NCBI RefSeq assembly: GCF_001194135.2
Contig: NC_068984.1
Location: 121,851,428 to 121,889,598 of the forward strand
Length of the DNA stretch: 38,171 nt
Source: Octopus bimaculoides
Lineage: Eukaryota
Direction: 5' to 3'
Shown: positions 1 to 11,301 of the stretch, piece after piece
How positions within the stretch are numbered: the first letter of the stretch is position 1
Layout: each line of letters starts with the position of its first letter
Translations under genes and position numbers: made by a program
The notes under the pieces: generated by a model
Told to the model about the DNA's origin: nothing
Databases searched by the model: none
The model's input: the letters and a program-made list of their open reading frames with translations, nothing else

Positions 1-259
1 TACTGACAGCATCTCTGTACATGGCTCGCACAGCTCTCACTAACCATTCTTCTATCCCAAGTTTCCTCATTGACCACCAGATAAGGGATCGGGGGACCCT
101 GTCAAAGGCTTTCTCCATGTCAACGAAGGCCAGGTACAGAGGTTTATCCTTGGCTAGATATTTCTCCTGCAGCTGTCTCACTAGAAATATGGCATCAGTG
201 GTGCTTTTACCTGGCACGAACCCAAACTGCATCTCATCTAAATTGATTTGCTCCCTAAT
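1..259 (-). mobile_element. RTE-clade LINE reverse transcriptase fragment (runs off the window start)
   Basis: The minus strand translates without stops as IREQINLDEMQFGFVPGKSTTDAIFLVRQLQEKYLAKDKPLYLAFVDMEKAFDRVPRSLIWWSMRKLGIEEWLVRAVRAMYRDAVS. QFGF..G.ST.DAIF and F.D..KAFD.V are standard non-LTR RT motifs. The listed + ORF 21..329 is its antisense shadow. Confidence 0.92.
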
Positions 260-830
260 AATAATAATAATAATAATCCTTTCTACTAAAGGCACAAGGC
301 TTGAAATTTTGGGGTCCACTGGTACTTAATTTATTGACCCCAGATGGTTGAAAGGCAAAGTCGACCTCAGCAGAATTTGAACTCAGGATGTAGCATCGGG
401 CGAAATACCAATAAGCATTTTGTCCAGCATGCTAACAGTTCTGCTGGCTCACCACCTTACTAATAATAATAATTCTTTCTAATTTTGACTGGAGGAGCAA
501 GTTGATTACATTGACCCCCCACTATGTGACTGGTATATAATATTTTATCGGCCTCAAAATAATGAAAGGCAAAGTTGATTTCAGCAGGATTTGAACTCAG
601 AATGTAAAGAGCCAGATGAAATGCTGTTAAGCTTTTTATCTAACACATTAATAATTCTGCTAACTCACTGCCTTGTTTCAAATTTTGGCACAAAGCCAGC
701 AATTTTATAAGGAGGGGACAAGTCAGTTACATCAATCCTAGTACTTCACTGGTACTTTAATTTAATGGCCCCCAAAAGGATGAAAGCAAAGCTGGCCTCA
801 GTGGAATTTGATCTAAGAATGTAAAGAGTC
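256..830 (-). mobile_element. Cluster of about three partial tRNA-derived SINEs (family B, Deu/Nin-like core)
   Basis: Repeated blocks such as GAAAGGCAAAGTCGACCTCAGCAGAATTTGAACTCAG with (TAA)n tails; the same family occurs at 2642, 6493, 13384 and 24696. The B-box-like GAGTTCAAAT reads on the minus strand. The Deu/Nin assignment is by recalled resemblance. Confidence 0.7.
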
Positions 831-918
831 AGAAGAAAAATAATAATAGTGATAGTAAATATATTACATTTTAAATAGAATAGAATATATTGTTTTTAAA
901 ATGTCTTTATATTTGAAG

Positions 919-1105
919 GTCCTCAAACAGCAGTCCTTTGAGGATGACCCACATTTAGCAGCTGAAGCTGTTTTACAAGAGGGCTATCTTCAAGACCCCA
1001 TCAACTCTACAACAGAAAACTGCACTTTGGACCCTTGTCTAATCACTCCACCAGATGAATATTTCTTCAATGACAACTCAGCTGTTGTCCGAGCTGCTAT
1101 CCTAG
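919..1105 (+). CDS. ADP-ribosylglycohydrolase-family protein, internal coding exon (first in window)
   Basis: AG at 917-918 and GTAAAC donor after 1105 (phase 1). Encodes VLKQQSFEDDPHLAAEAVLQEG...FNDNSAVVRAAIL, matching the ARH-family F..DPH.AA and N(G)AVMR.S(I)LG segments. Joins in frame to 3854. Confidence 0.85.
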
Positions 1106-2641
1106 GTAAACTTGTTATGTCATGATTCTATTCCATTCCTCTTGATGAAACCCTAATTACAGTTTTAATTTAAGGATCCTGTAGAAACAATTATTATATT
1201 TATGTCAGGCGTTTTTGACATTAATATATTAATACCCCCTATTGAGGCATAAGTGAATCCAAATGCCTAGTCTTCAATAATGCTAGTGTTAATGATGATG
1301 TCATATATGAACACAAGGTCAGAGATTTATAAATGAGGACTATAGACAATTGAATGAACCCTAGTGTGTGATTACCACCACAAAGTCCACTCCTTGTTGC
1401 AGTATTATGGTTTATGTGCCTCAATGAATCTGAGAGCTACGCCAACAGAGCATCACAAAGGGAAGCAACTTTGCTTGAATTAATAGCAATATTTTAATGG
1501 CAAACTAAATTTTCTTTTTCATTCAAAGATTGGTATCTGTACTTGATTGAGTAACATTTTGCTGAAATTAAAACTTGATCTTACAAGTTGAACCTCTTAC
1601 TACCTCATGTGTTGAATGTTGGTGGTTCAACCAGTTCAAAATTACATAACTTGTACAGGAATGTACTTGAAGTCATGAAGTTCTTTGCATGGAGGTATGA
1701 TGGAAAGGTATCTTCTCTCTTCAAGATGTGGTCTGACATGCATAGTTGAAAAGAGTGGCTACCACAATCATTATATGCCAGGTCTTTGCGTCTTTTTTTT
1801 TTTTTTTTCTATGCAGGGTTGCTTTTCCTTCTGTCTTTCAGAAACCAGATATATTTCAAAAGGAATGTTATATTACATTTATATCAAGACCGAAATAAAT
1901 GGGTGTGTTGGATGAATCTAGCTTTAAATGTATTCTCAGCTAATCTGAAATGTTTTTACTGTATCGTTTGCTAATTCTATATCTGCTTCCTGTGCTATTT
2001 CTTTTGACAGGCTTATGTCGTGTGTGCATGTAATGTTACTTGTTTCTTATCTTGCTTTTTATTGTCTAATGTGGTGATGATTAATTTAATGCTCTTAATG
2101 TATTTTCTGTGTTGCTTTCTTTTGTTAAAGATTTGTTGTATGTAGAATATTATTGTCCCTGCCATTATAATTTTAGTGCATTTACCCACAAAGCAAGAAA
2201 TATGTAGTTTGATTTCCATATATGCAAGATAGCTGAAGGAACAAAGTCATAAATTCAAATCTAGTCTATGTGCTTCGTTGTCTCTGGGCAGAGCACTTTA
2301 TTCTACATTGCTAGAGTTTATCCTAGATTTTAGAATAAGCACTAAATTATGTAGGTAGATCACCTATGTAGATTAGGCACCTATCCAGAGAAAGTTTATT
2401 TCTCATATCATCTGTTGTGTTTCTGGGTCTATGACATTATTCTACTCTACCTCATTTAATCCTTGCCACTGAGGGAAGAGATTCTAGATTACCTGGATAT
2501 ATTACCTGTGATAAACTAGTATCATACTCATGGGTATATTTGTCGTTCACTTTACATCATTAAACCAGAGACAAAGCACTGACCCTGCAAAGCTCCTCAA
2601 GGTTCAGGTAGCATTTCACTTTTAATGCTTACGCATACAAA

Positions 2642-2860
2642 GACGGTAGGTCGGCAGAATTGTTAGAGTAGCTGTAAAAATACCCAGTAGTGTTTAGTTA
2701 TGATCCTTTATGTTCTGAGTTCAAACTATGTTGAAGGTCAATTTTGCCCTTCATCTTTCCAGGATCAATGAAATAGAGTACAAGTCAAATACTGGATGTC
2801 AATATAATTGACTATATCTCTCCCCCAAATTTGAGGCTGTATGCCCTATTTTATAAATCA
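2642..2860 (+). mobile_element. tRNA-derived SINE, family B
   Basis: GGCAGAATTGTTAG head, GTTCTGAGTTCAAA B-box-like segment and TTTGCCCTTCATCTTTCCAGGATCAATGAAAT core; similar to other family B copies in the window. Confidence 0.7.
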
Positions 2861-3465
2861 GTATATTTACAGTTTAGCACATTTTCTGAGAGGGGAAATG
2901 ATGATAAAATAAAGAAGAGGGGTGTAGAGCATGATAAAGATAAGAGTTAAACCAATATCTAATCAGGCTTCTAGAACCAACTTGAGTGATGATTGAGAGA
3001 GGAAGCAACCGCCTGGTAACAGTGACAATAGTGAGTATTTTCACTGGTAGATAGCTGAAGTTGGCCTCTAGCAATAATTAGTTGGGGATTCACAAGGCAA
3101 CAAGGAAATCTCTACATGGTCACTTGATCTACTTGATTGTAACTAAATCTCTTCCAAATTACACTTTACTGTCTTTAAAAAAATAACACTCTGGCTGATG
3201 CAGTTCTAGATGACTGAAAACATAAGAACGGATAGTCATGATCAAGTGCCTATGATCATACATCTGCTCAGTCAGATTTAACCTAGGGCTAAATAACAGT
3301 AACACTTGGAGGGTTCATAATATCCTTACTGATAAATGAACACCTGTGGCTGTGTTTTGATTCATTGATTCAACAAGTGAATGGCTTCTTGGAATTTAGA
3401 TGATTAATAGTTAAAACAGGTGATACAGGTTGTAGACAGATAGATGAGTTAGATAAGTGGGAGAC

Positions 3466-3693
3466 TTAACCCCTTAGCATTTAAACTAGCCATACCCAGC
3501 TCAATTATCCCACCTATTTTATGTTAAAACCAGCCATATCTAACCTCACACACATACCCTACAATGTCATTCTAAAAATAAACAATCACGTCATCAAAAT
3601 TTCAAAGCTATGAGATAATGCATGATTAATTCAAATCAATGTGAATAAATAAGCATTACACTTGACAGAATAATCTGGATACTGAAAGGTTAA
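3466..3693. mobile_element. piggyBac-like MITE (TTAA-flanked)
   Basis: Ends TTAA-CCCCTTAGCATTTAAA ... GATACTGAAAGG-TTAA; internal sequence shared with copies at 12144, 33509 and 36036. Confidence 0.7.
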
Positions 3694-3853
3694 AGATTTG
3701 ATGTTAAATAATCGGGTGACCTCAGACTTTAGGCTGTAGGGTGCTGGCTACTCCTTTGTCCCAAGGAAGGGTTGATTCAAAGATAGAATTTATAATAAAC
3801 AATAGAAAATAAACAAACACTGAGTAAACATTTGGATTTGTACATCATTGCAG

Positions 3854-3984
3854 GTATACCTTATTTCTATAATCTGTCTGAAGTTGCCAACAATTCTGTA
3901 CGCATATGTCGCTCATCTCACAATCACCCAGAATGCATTGCTTCCTGTATTGCCATTACTGTTATTATTGCTTTACTGTTGCAA
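3854..3984 (+). CDS. ADP-ribosylglycohydrolase-family protein, internal exon
   Basis: TTGCAG acceptor, GTAAGT donor. Encodes (G)IPYFYNLSEVANNSVRICRSSHNHPECIASCIAITVIIALLLQ, the ARH (T/S)H.(D/H)P.C.A helix region. Confidence 0.9.
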
Positions 3985-5066
3985 GTAAGTATCCAGTTAT
4001 ATTTTGTTTTGTTGTTATTAAGCCACTTGTCTTGACTATTGCTGGTAGCATGGGTTAGTTGTTAGAATTTAAATATTTGTGTTAATATCTATTGAAAATG
4101 ACATCTCTCCAAGTAAGGGTAGTGTCAGACTACTGACTCAAACCGTTGGTGGTTTATATTGTATGCAGTGTCATAGCTAATAGGGGAGCAAGGGGAGTGA
4201 CCACTCCTCCTCAAGCACATTTTCAAAATTGGCACCTTTCCAGCAATTTTTTAAAACTTTTTAGTTCACTTGTGCGATAATAGTCGAATCTTTTTTTTTT
4301 AATCATGTGACCTTGGAAGAACTTCCTAGAGTCATTACTTTATTTGACCAACCTCCAGTGTTTTTGAACTGTCTGCTCAATTTCCTGTAATGTGTAAGTG
4401 GCCACTGACATCTGAAGAACCAAAACAAACCCTGACGTCATAACCTCTCGACACTGGACGATACCATACAGTTTCATCTTTTTCAAATCACACCAACATC
4501 AGTAGTTCTAAGTTTCATACATAATGACATTGTCACTGCAACATGAAATTAATGAATGTAGACTAGAATCTTATGTATTATGACTAATGAAATACTTCAT
4601 GTAATAGAAGAGAAATTAGTTTTAAAATGTTTGGTGTGTGTTGTGGCTCTTTTTTTGTTTATGTGCTCACTCCCGCTAACTTTAGAACCTGTCTATGTTA
4701 CTTGTTGTATGACCAGTACTATGCCAGGCCCTTAACTAAGTCATTTAAGCCTTGAGAGCTCAGTTGGTCTTGCTGCAAATATATATATCATAGTATGGTA
4801 TAGTTCACTATTTTAATGGAGAGAAGTGATATGTTATTGGTGTCAGCTTTTGTCATCTGGGTTTAAATCTCCAAGTGAGAAGCATGTGTACTAGAAATGA
4901 TAATCTCTGTCAAAAACAATAAAATATGAAATGGTTATAGCTGGAAACCTTGATAAAGTGGTTTATTTGATCCTATGATTCTATACCATAGAGCTGAGCG
5001 GGGTAACCCAACAAAAACTCCAGATTTTCTTTCATAACTCTAAATTAACTTCTGTTCTTTGTACAG

Positions 5067-5203
5067 GGTTCTCATGACTTGAACAATATGGGGTCTGTCC
5101 GAGCCTTATTAAACACATCTGCTTTCCATGCCAATCCATATTTAAAAACTGATGAACAAAACAATGAATTTGAGTCTGTTTTAAGTGTTACATCTTTAAA
5201 AAG
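5067..5203 (+). CDS. ADP-ribosylglycohydrolase-family protein, internal exon
   Basis: TTTGTACAG acceptor, GTAAGT donor, 137 nt, phase 0 to 2. Encodes GSHDLNNMGSVRALLNTSAFHANPYLKTDEQNNEFESVLSVTSLK. Phases fit both neighbours. Confidence 0.85.
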
Positions 5204-5366
5204 GTAAGTTGGATGAAAGTAAAATAACTATAAGTGGGTGGGATATGCAAGGAGATGAGGAGTTGAAAAATGAGAAAAGGTAGGGGGAAAAGCAAGTTCT
5301 TGAAGATAATTCACATGACTTTTCACATTTAGAAGAGAAGGGGATTATGATTGGTTGGAGCTGCAC

Positions 5367-5752
5367 TTCTTTTACTTTGTTTCAGTCATTTGGCTGTGGC
5401 CATGCTGGGACACTGCCTTGAAGGGTTTTAGTCAAACAAATCAACCCCAGGACTTTTTTTTTTAAACCTAGTACTTATTCTATTGATCTCTTCTAGCTAA
5501 ACTGCCAAGTTACAGGGATGTAAACTTATCAATACCAGTTGTCAAGTGGTGGTGGGGAACAAACACAGACACAAGAATATACATACATATATGATGGGCT
5601 TCTTTCAGTTTCCGTCTACCAAATCCACTCACAAAGCTTTGGTCAGCCCGAGGTTATAATAAAAGACACTCACCCAAAGTGCCACGCAGTGGGACTGAAA
5701 ACTCTGTGATTGGGAAGCAAGCTTCTTACCACATGGTCACTCCCACACCTAT
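5367..5752 (-). mobile_element. Near full-length tRNA-derived SINE, family A (tail type ...CAGTCAAATGACTGAAACAAAGTAAAAGAA)
   Basis: The minus strand has the GTGGTAAGAAGCTTGCTTCCC...CAGTCCCACTGCGTGGCAC head, TGAGTGGATTTGGTAGACGGAAACTGAAAGAAGCCC, a short microsatellite linker and a tail shared with 19111 and 29040. Confidence 0.8.
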
Positions 5753-5885
5753 GTTTTAATTGGGCAATCACTTAGTTTATCCAGCATGTAGCACTGGTCC
5801 TGGGTGTTGATTTTTTACAAATCAGAAAAGATAAGATAACACAGCCTTTCGATAGTTGTTATATATATCGTTGCTATTATGTTAA

Positions 5886-5985
5886 ACTGTTGTATGTCCA
5901 AATTTGGCTTTTTTTTTTTTTTTTTTTTTTNNNNNNNNNNACTGTTGTATGTCCAAATTTGGCTTTTTTTTTTTTTTTTTTTTTC
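5886..5985. other. Uncollapsed assembly overlap around a 10-N gap
   Basis: ACTGTTGTATGTCCAAATTTGGC plus poly-T appears on both sides of N5931-5940. Confidence 0.85.
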
Positions 5986-6349
5986 AATATTTGATCAAGC
6001 TATTGTATCTCCAGATGCCAAGATATGAAAATTGTCAAAGTATAGTACAACTGATTAGCATTTTTCAAAAATGTAGTAAGTCCTACATGCAACAGTTTTG
6101 CAAAAATATTTCTGACTGAAAATATCATACATGCATAGAGTTATGATTTTATGCACCCAAGAAAGTATTGTTGTTAAGCTGAAACCCATTTAACCCATGC
6201 CAGTATGGAAAGTGAACATAAAATAATGCTGGGAATCAAAGTTGTAAAAGCAAAAAAAAAATTTTTTTTTTTTTTTAATAGATAAAAATAATGATTTTGC
6301 TTCTATGCTAAAAAAAAAGTTGATTTTCTTTTCTTTTTTTTTATTGCAG

Positions 6350-6439
6350 TTTGAACATTCGTGAGGAGAGAAAAATGACACATACTTATAAACCTTTGGG
6401 ATGTGCTGCACTTGCTGTGAAAACCACAAAAGGATACAG
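6350..6439 (+). CDS. ADP-ribosylglycohydrolase-family protein, internal exon
   Basis: Long polypyrimidine tract plus TTGCAG acceptor, GTGAAT donor, 90 nt, phase 2 to 2. Encodes (S)LNIREERKMTHTYKPLGCAALAVKTTKGY(R). Confidence 0.88.
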
Positions 6440-6492
6440 GTGAATTTTTGTTTTTAGCTTAATGTCTGTCTCTCATTATATATTTTATTGCA

Positions 6493-6712
6493 AGGTAGTG
6501 AGCTGGCAGAATTGTTAGAACACCAGACAAAATACTTAGTGGAACTTCATCCAATCTTTATGTTCTGAGTTCAAAATCCACTGAGGTCAACTTTGCCTTT
6601 TATTCTTAGCGGGTTGCTAAAATAAGTACCATCTGAGCACCAGGTCACAGTAATTGACTAACCCCATCCTCCCTAAATTTCAGGACTTGTGCCTATAGTT
6701 GAAAGGATTATA
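6493..6712 (+). mobile_element. tRNA-derived SINE, family B
   Basis: GAGCTGGCAGAATTGTTAG...GTTCTGAGTTCAAAATCCACTGAGGTCAACTTTGCCTTT...GGACTTGTGCCTATAG, collinear with other family B copies. Confidence 0.75.
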
Positions 6713-7432
6713 TATTTCCGCTTATAATCTCTGAATTTATAGCCTGATTGAGGTTTTGACCTTTGTTGTATGATTGCAACCTTAGCTCATATGTAAGTCA
6801 TTTCACAAACCTTTTGGGTTAACACAGTTAGTAATATGATAAGTGTTAAAGAATTGAGAGACAAATCACTTCTTGATAGAATACTAGTCTTTCATAGAGA
6901 ATAATAGTTGCAAGCATGGCTAATAATTTTTCTGTACAGCAACATGGTTTTTGTGTTCAATCATACTGCAAGGCACCTTGGATAAGTGTCTTTAACTCCA
7001 TCCCTGGGTTGACCAAAGCCTTCCCAGTAGATTTCCTAAATAGAAACTGAACAAAATCCTGTTGTATGTGTGTGTGTGTGTGTGCATGTACATACATTAA
7101 TTAATTAATTAATTATATCTTTTAAGTTTGTTTAGGGCAAATGTTTTGAATATGCATATAAAAGTTCCTATTCTATTATGTTGGTTACGGCCTAATGATG
7201 CCAACTGGTGATAACAGTTTTTTGGGGTCGCACCAAGCTGTGCCAATATATTGTCGGATAAATGTAGTAATAATCATAGTAATAATCCTTAGATGGAATT
7301 TATAAATATTTTAATGAATCACTACGTGATTTGTGGAAATGTGCATAGTGATGCATTAAAATATTTATAAATTCCATCCAAAGATTATTGAACCATGCCA
7401 GCATGGAAAGCGAACATTAAATGATGATGATG

Positions 7433-7465
<33 letters not shown>

Positions 7466-7795
7466 TGTGAGTGTTTGTGTCTCCTTGTCTTGATATCGTA
7501 CGAGTTATAAATGAACATCACCATCATAGAAGCAGTGTGCCTGGTTTACAGTCTTCTGAGTAAACATGGCCAGCCATTGTGAAATATTACCTAGCATGGA
7601 AATAAGTGAAGATTGGTGACGTGAAGGGCATCCAGCCAGAGAAAATCTGTCTCAATAAATTCTGTTTGATTCATGTAAGACGTGGTAATGTAGGCATTAA
7701 ACCGATCATGACGATGGTGATGTGTGAGTCTTTGTTGTGTGCTTATATACCAATTGTGAACACAAATAATGTCATGTATCTCCTTTTACTTGCAG

Positions 7796-7988
7796 GGAAT
7801 TCATCAGTGATTTGGTTCTTGAAGGTGGAGACAGTGCAAGCAATGCATGTGTGGCAGGGGCCATACTTGGTTGTCGCCTTGGTTACCTTCAACTTCCAAG
7901 TGATTGGCTAACAGAACTTCTTCCCCAACAAGTCAGCTGGTTAAATGTCAAAGTGAATTCCTTACTTGACATGTTGGGACTTCCATAA
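7796..7988 (+). CDS. ADP-ribosylglycohydrolase-family protein, last coding exon
   Basis: TTGCAG acceptor. Encodes (R)EFISDLVLEGGDSASNACVAGAILGCRLGYLQLPSDWLTELLPQQVSWLNVKVNSLLDMLGLP and stop TAA at 7986-7988. GGD...N..VAGA.LG...G...LP..W is the diagnostic ARH/DraG C-terminal motif. Confidence 0.92.
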
Positions 7989-8724
7989 CTATGTAACTGA
8001 GATTTTTGGAGTAGTTATGTGATGCTCTCAGAGACATTTGTTATCATATTTCATCTCAACATCATAATCCTTACCGTCATCATTATCACCATTGTTCTCA
8101 TGATTATGATCTCTGAGATGTTCTAGAATTTGAGTTCTGTGTCAAACATATTTGGCTGAAGATGATAGCAGAGAGGATGAAGAAGTAGGAAGAGGCTAGA
8201 GGTGCAACTTAATCAGAGATTTCCCTCTATCACAGTGTATTTTCTTCAGTGTCATGTGTCAGTGCAAATTGTGTTTTATGTGTGTGGAGATTGAACAAGA
8301 GCTCGACTTCTACTTAAGAATGGAATGTTACTGAGCTCAGATATTTATATAAATATATATATTTTCTGTACTGCTGATCTACTTTAAAAATGAGGTTGTG
8401 TCTGAAGATTTAACACATTGAATAAACAAGCTCAAAATCACAGAATTTAAGAAAGAGAGTATACAGTTTAACAGATGTGTCCAGTGTGTGTTTGCCAGGA
8501 GAACCAGTTTAAAAAGTATCTGGTGCTATTGAAGCCAGTTTTAGACTTTTTTTATTTATTGGTTGGACCAAGCTGAAAGGTATGGAAGTCAGGGAGATAG
8601 TTCTGTGTTTAAAGATTAGACAAAATAGTTTTGGAGGTGAAGTATAATAGTATAAGGAAAGAACAGGCAGATATTAATGGGTCGGTATTGTTGGTAATGG
8701 GACTGGCATAAAATAACTGCTGCT

Positions 8725-9170
8725 CATGAAAATGATGTTAAATTGTTGCTAATGAAAATGATGTTAAACTGTTGTTAATGAAAGCAATGTTAAACTGTTT
8801 GTAATTGAAAATTTTATTAAACTGTTGGTAAATTCAAGTGATGGTATTAAACTGTTGGTAAATGAAAGGGTGGTTTGAAGTGTTGGGATAAAACTTGTTT
8901 GAAACTTGTTAAAAATTGTTAGTAACGGAACAAATAATTGTTGATAATGAAATGAAAATTGTTGATGATAAAACATTTACCAACAAAACTGTTGGTAAGT
9001 GAACTTTTAAAACTATATATATGTGTATGAAACTGTTGGCAATAAGGCAGTTGCAATTAAATTGTTGGTAAACAAACTGAAGATAAAATTGTTAAATTGT
9101 TAGAAAATGTTTATTTTTCTAAAACTAACAACAGAAAAATTTATATTTTAAGATGTTGGTAATTGTCAAT
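8725..9170. repeat. Degenerate tandem array with core AAA(C/T)TGTTG(G/T)TAA
   Basis: More than ten imperfect recurrences, spaced roughly 25-30 bp apart at the left end and less regularly to the right. Confidence 0.65.
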
Positions 9171-9511
9171 ATAATAACTATCGTCATTATTTGTATTGTT
9201 TAGTCATCATTAAAAGATTGGTTTTCTTACATCTTGGGCTTATCTCTTTCTAATCTGTATTCACTGCAGTAATTGAACTCAGCACTACTCGATAACAAAA
9301 GATGCTGTTCATTGACAGCATTCAGCTAGCTGTGTCACTTCACAATGCCCCCTCCCACTTTTTTTTTCACAGCCAGATGGCATTAGCTCTTTGGGTGTGT
9401 ATTGGCAAGAGATAACATGTTGTCATAGTAATAGGCTATCAAATGCTGAATATAGAGCACATAAATGTCTGGTGTTGTTAAATTTGACTAAATACACTCA
9501 AATCTGCTCAT

Positions 9512-9890
9512 ACGAGTGGTGTGGCTGTATGGTGAAGAAGTTTGCTTCCCAACCACATGGTTTCAGGTTCAGTCCTGCATGGCACCATGGGCAACTGTTC
9601 TCTACTATAGTCTCTGGCCAAGCAAAGCTTTGTGAGTGGTTTTGGTAGACTGAAACTAAAAGAAGTCCATCATATATATATGTGTGTGTGTGTGTCTATG
9701 TCCATTTGTGTACCCTTGTCTTGACAGTTGTGAGTTAACACTATCATACAAGCATTGTCATTGATTTCCAATATTGTGCAAATATGTCCGACCCTTAGGG
9801 TAAGGGTTGGTGACTGGAAGAACATCTGGTTGTAGAAAATCTGCTCCATCCAACCCATGCAAGTATGGAAAGTGGACGTTGAAATGATAA
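9512..9890 (+). mobile_element. Family A SINE head joined to an RTE-type 3' tail
   Basis: Head GTGGCTGTATGGTGAAGAAGTTTGCTTCCC, (TG)n linker, then CCAACCCATGCAAGTATGGAAAGTGGACGTTGAAATGATAAT, which matches the RTE-type 3' end. Confidence 0.7.
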
Positions 9891-10426
9891 TATTGTTGAA
9901 TCGTGCTTTTTGAGGCACAGAAACTGGTAGTTCTGGTCTGCAATGGACCATATGGTGGCTCATTCAATTTCTGTTTGAGAACTAAATATGTGAGGCTTTC
10001 TTTACATTTGCATTTAACAGCGCCTCATTCAGCATGACAACAGTCAAATTACTGAAACTAGTTCTAAAATAACATTCAAATGTAATTAAGCTATCATCAG
10101 GGAATAGTTACAAGAATAAAAATTTAAATATCTATATTTTAAATAAATCAAATTTCGTATTTAATTTTTTCACTAAATTTCTTATTTATAGAAGTAATAT
10201 TTTTATTTTGAATATTTATTATTTTTTTTTTTTTGTGCTGAGATGGTTGAACAAATTGGTATGAAAATGGTGAATGTATTATCTCAAGATAATAAAAATT
10301 GTTTGTGGGAAGCTGCTAATTTGTTTCTGTTTTTCTTTATTATTCAAAGGTCATTGTTATTGGCTGGAGCAGCAGAATCAGTTGTGGTGTGCTGGATTGT
10401 GTGTTCATTTCTCTTTGTTTCCATCT

Positions 10427-10726
10427 GTGCCACCCTCGTAAGTGTGCCATAGGGCTCCCCATATGTGCAGCCCACGTAAGTGTGCCATAGGATTCCCCAT
10501 ATGTGCCAACGTAAGTGTGCCATAGGGCTCCCCATATGTGCCGCCGAGGAAACTAACGGAAAGTAAAGTTAACGAAACGGATGTGCCACCCTCTAAGTGT
10601 GCCACTTTCTAACTGTGTCACACTCGTATGTGTGCCATAGGGCTCCCCATATGTGCCACCCTTGTAAGTGTGCCATAAGGCTCCCCATATGTGCCACCCT
10701 CGTAAGTGTGCCATAGGGCTCCCCAT
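10427..10726. repeat. 38-bp GC-rich minisatellite, about seven units in two blocks
   Basis: Unit GTGCCACCCTCGTAAGTGTGCCATAGGGCTCCCCATAT, directly abutting copies, interrupted near 10550-10580 by an AACGGA-containing spacer. Confidence 0.92.
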
Positions 10727-11235
10727 GAACGGAAACTTAAACTGTTGCTTGTGGAAGTTTCATCATCTTCACAATTTTATTGGCAGTGTGCATAGCGTGT
10801 ACCAAAACAACAATGGCAGAACGATTCTGTTGTCAAATCAGTTTGCTATTTACCTGAAAAATAAAGAGGCAGCTTAGGTTTTCAAGCAAGCAAGGATTTG
10901 TCAAAAAATGAAATGTTAAACCCAGTAAGTTAACTGCTTAAAATTGGTCTCAATTTATGTGCAAGACCCTATATGGTTCATGATTAGAGAAATGGAGATA
11001 GTGATAGTGTATGACTATATAGTTAATAAACAGTTTGGCATTTTAGCATCACAGTTAATATACTTCTTGCATGGATGGAATGTTTTTACATACACCATAT
11101 TCTTCAGTTAGCTGTCAGAACTACCATTATCGTGATTCCATTAAACTAAGACAATTAGAAGAAGAAGAAAAAAACATCATGGAAGAAATATTTTATTTGT
11201 TTATTATTTACAGATATGTAGAATTTATTTAGTTG

Positions 11236-11301
11236 TTATGCAAAAATATCAATCTGTGGTTTAGGTAATTCATCATCAATATTCTGGATGTTACGTAGTG
11301 T
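11236..11301 (-). CDS. UXT: UXT (prefoldin alpha-like), exon 5, terminal
   Basis: Minus-strand TTGCAG acceptor. Encodes TLRNIQNIDDELPKPQIDIFA and stop TAA; corresponds to vertebrate GLRELQGL. Phase 0 fits exon 4. Confidence 0.85.
   Translation of the reverse strand, partial: TLRNIQNIDDELPKPQIDIFA

Noticed and set aside
1261-1790. Protein-like frame in the ARH-gene intron (…LNLLLPHVLNVGGSTSSKLHNLYRNVLEVMKFFAWRYDG…) with a GTATGA donor-like site
   Set aside because: The frame has about seven in-frame stops, its phases do not fit between the flanking exons (which already join as AAIL-G-IPYF), and I recognise no family. A translated HMM search would settle whether it is an old pseudogene.
4167-4705. 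Possible hAT-type MITE (CAGTGTCATAGCTA… start)
   Set aside because: The putative right TIR is too degenerate and I found no 8-bp TSD.
5886-5985. Direct repeat with poly-T, resembling a TSD or retrocopy
   Set aside because: The two copies sit on either side of a 10-N gap, typical of an uncollapsed contig overlap.
10344-10877. 38-bp repeat as a CRISPR array, and its repetitive ORFs (e.g. HLRGLHIWGALWHTY) as a protein
   Set aside because: Units abut with no unique spacers, there are no cas genes, and the context is a spliced eukaryotic genome. The ORFs are translations of the minisatellite.
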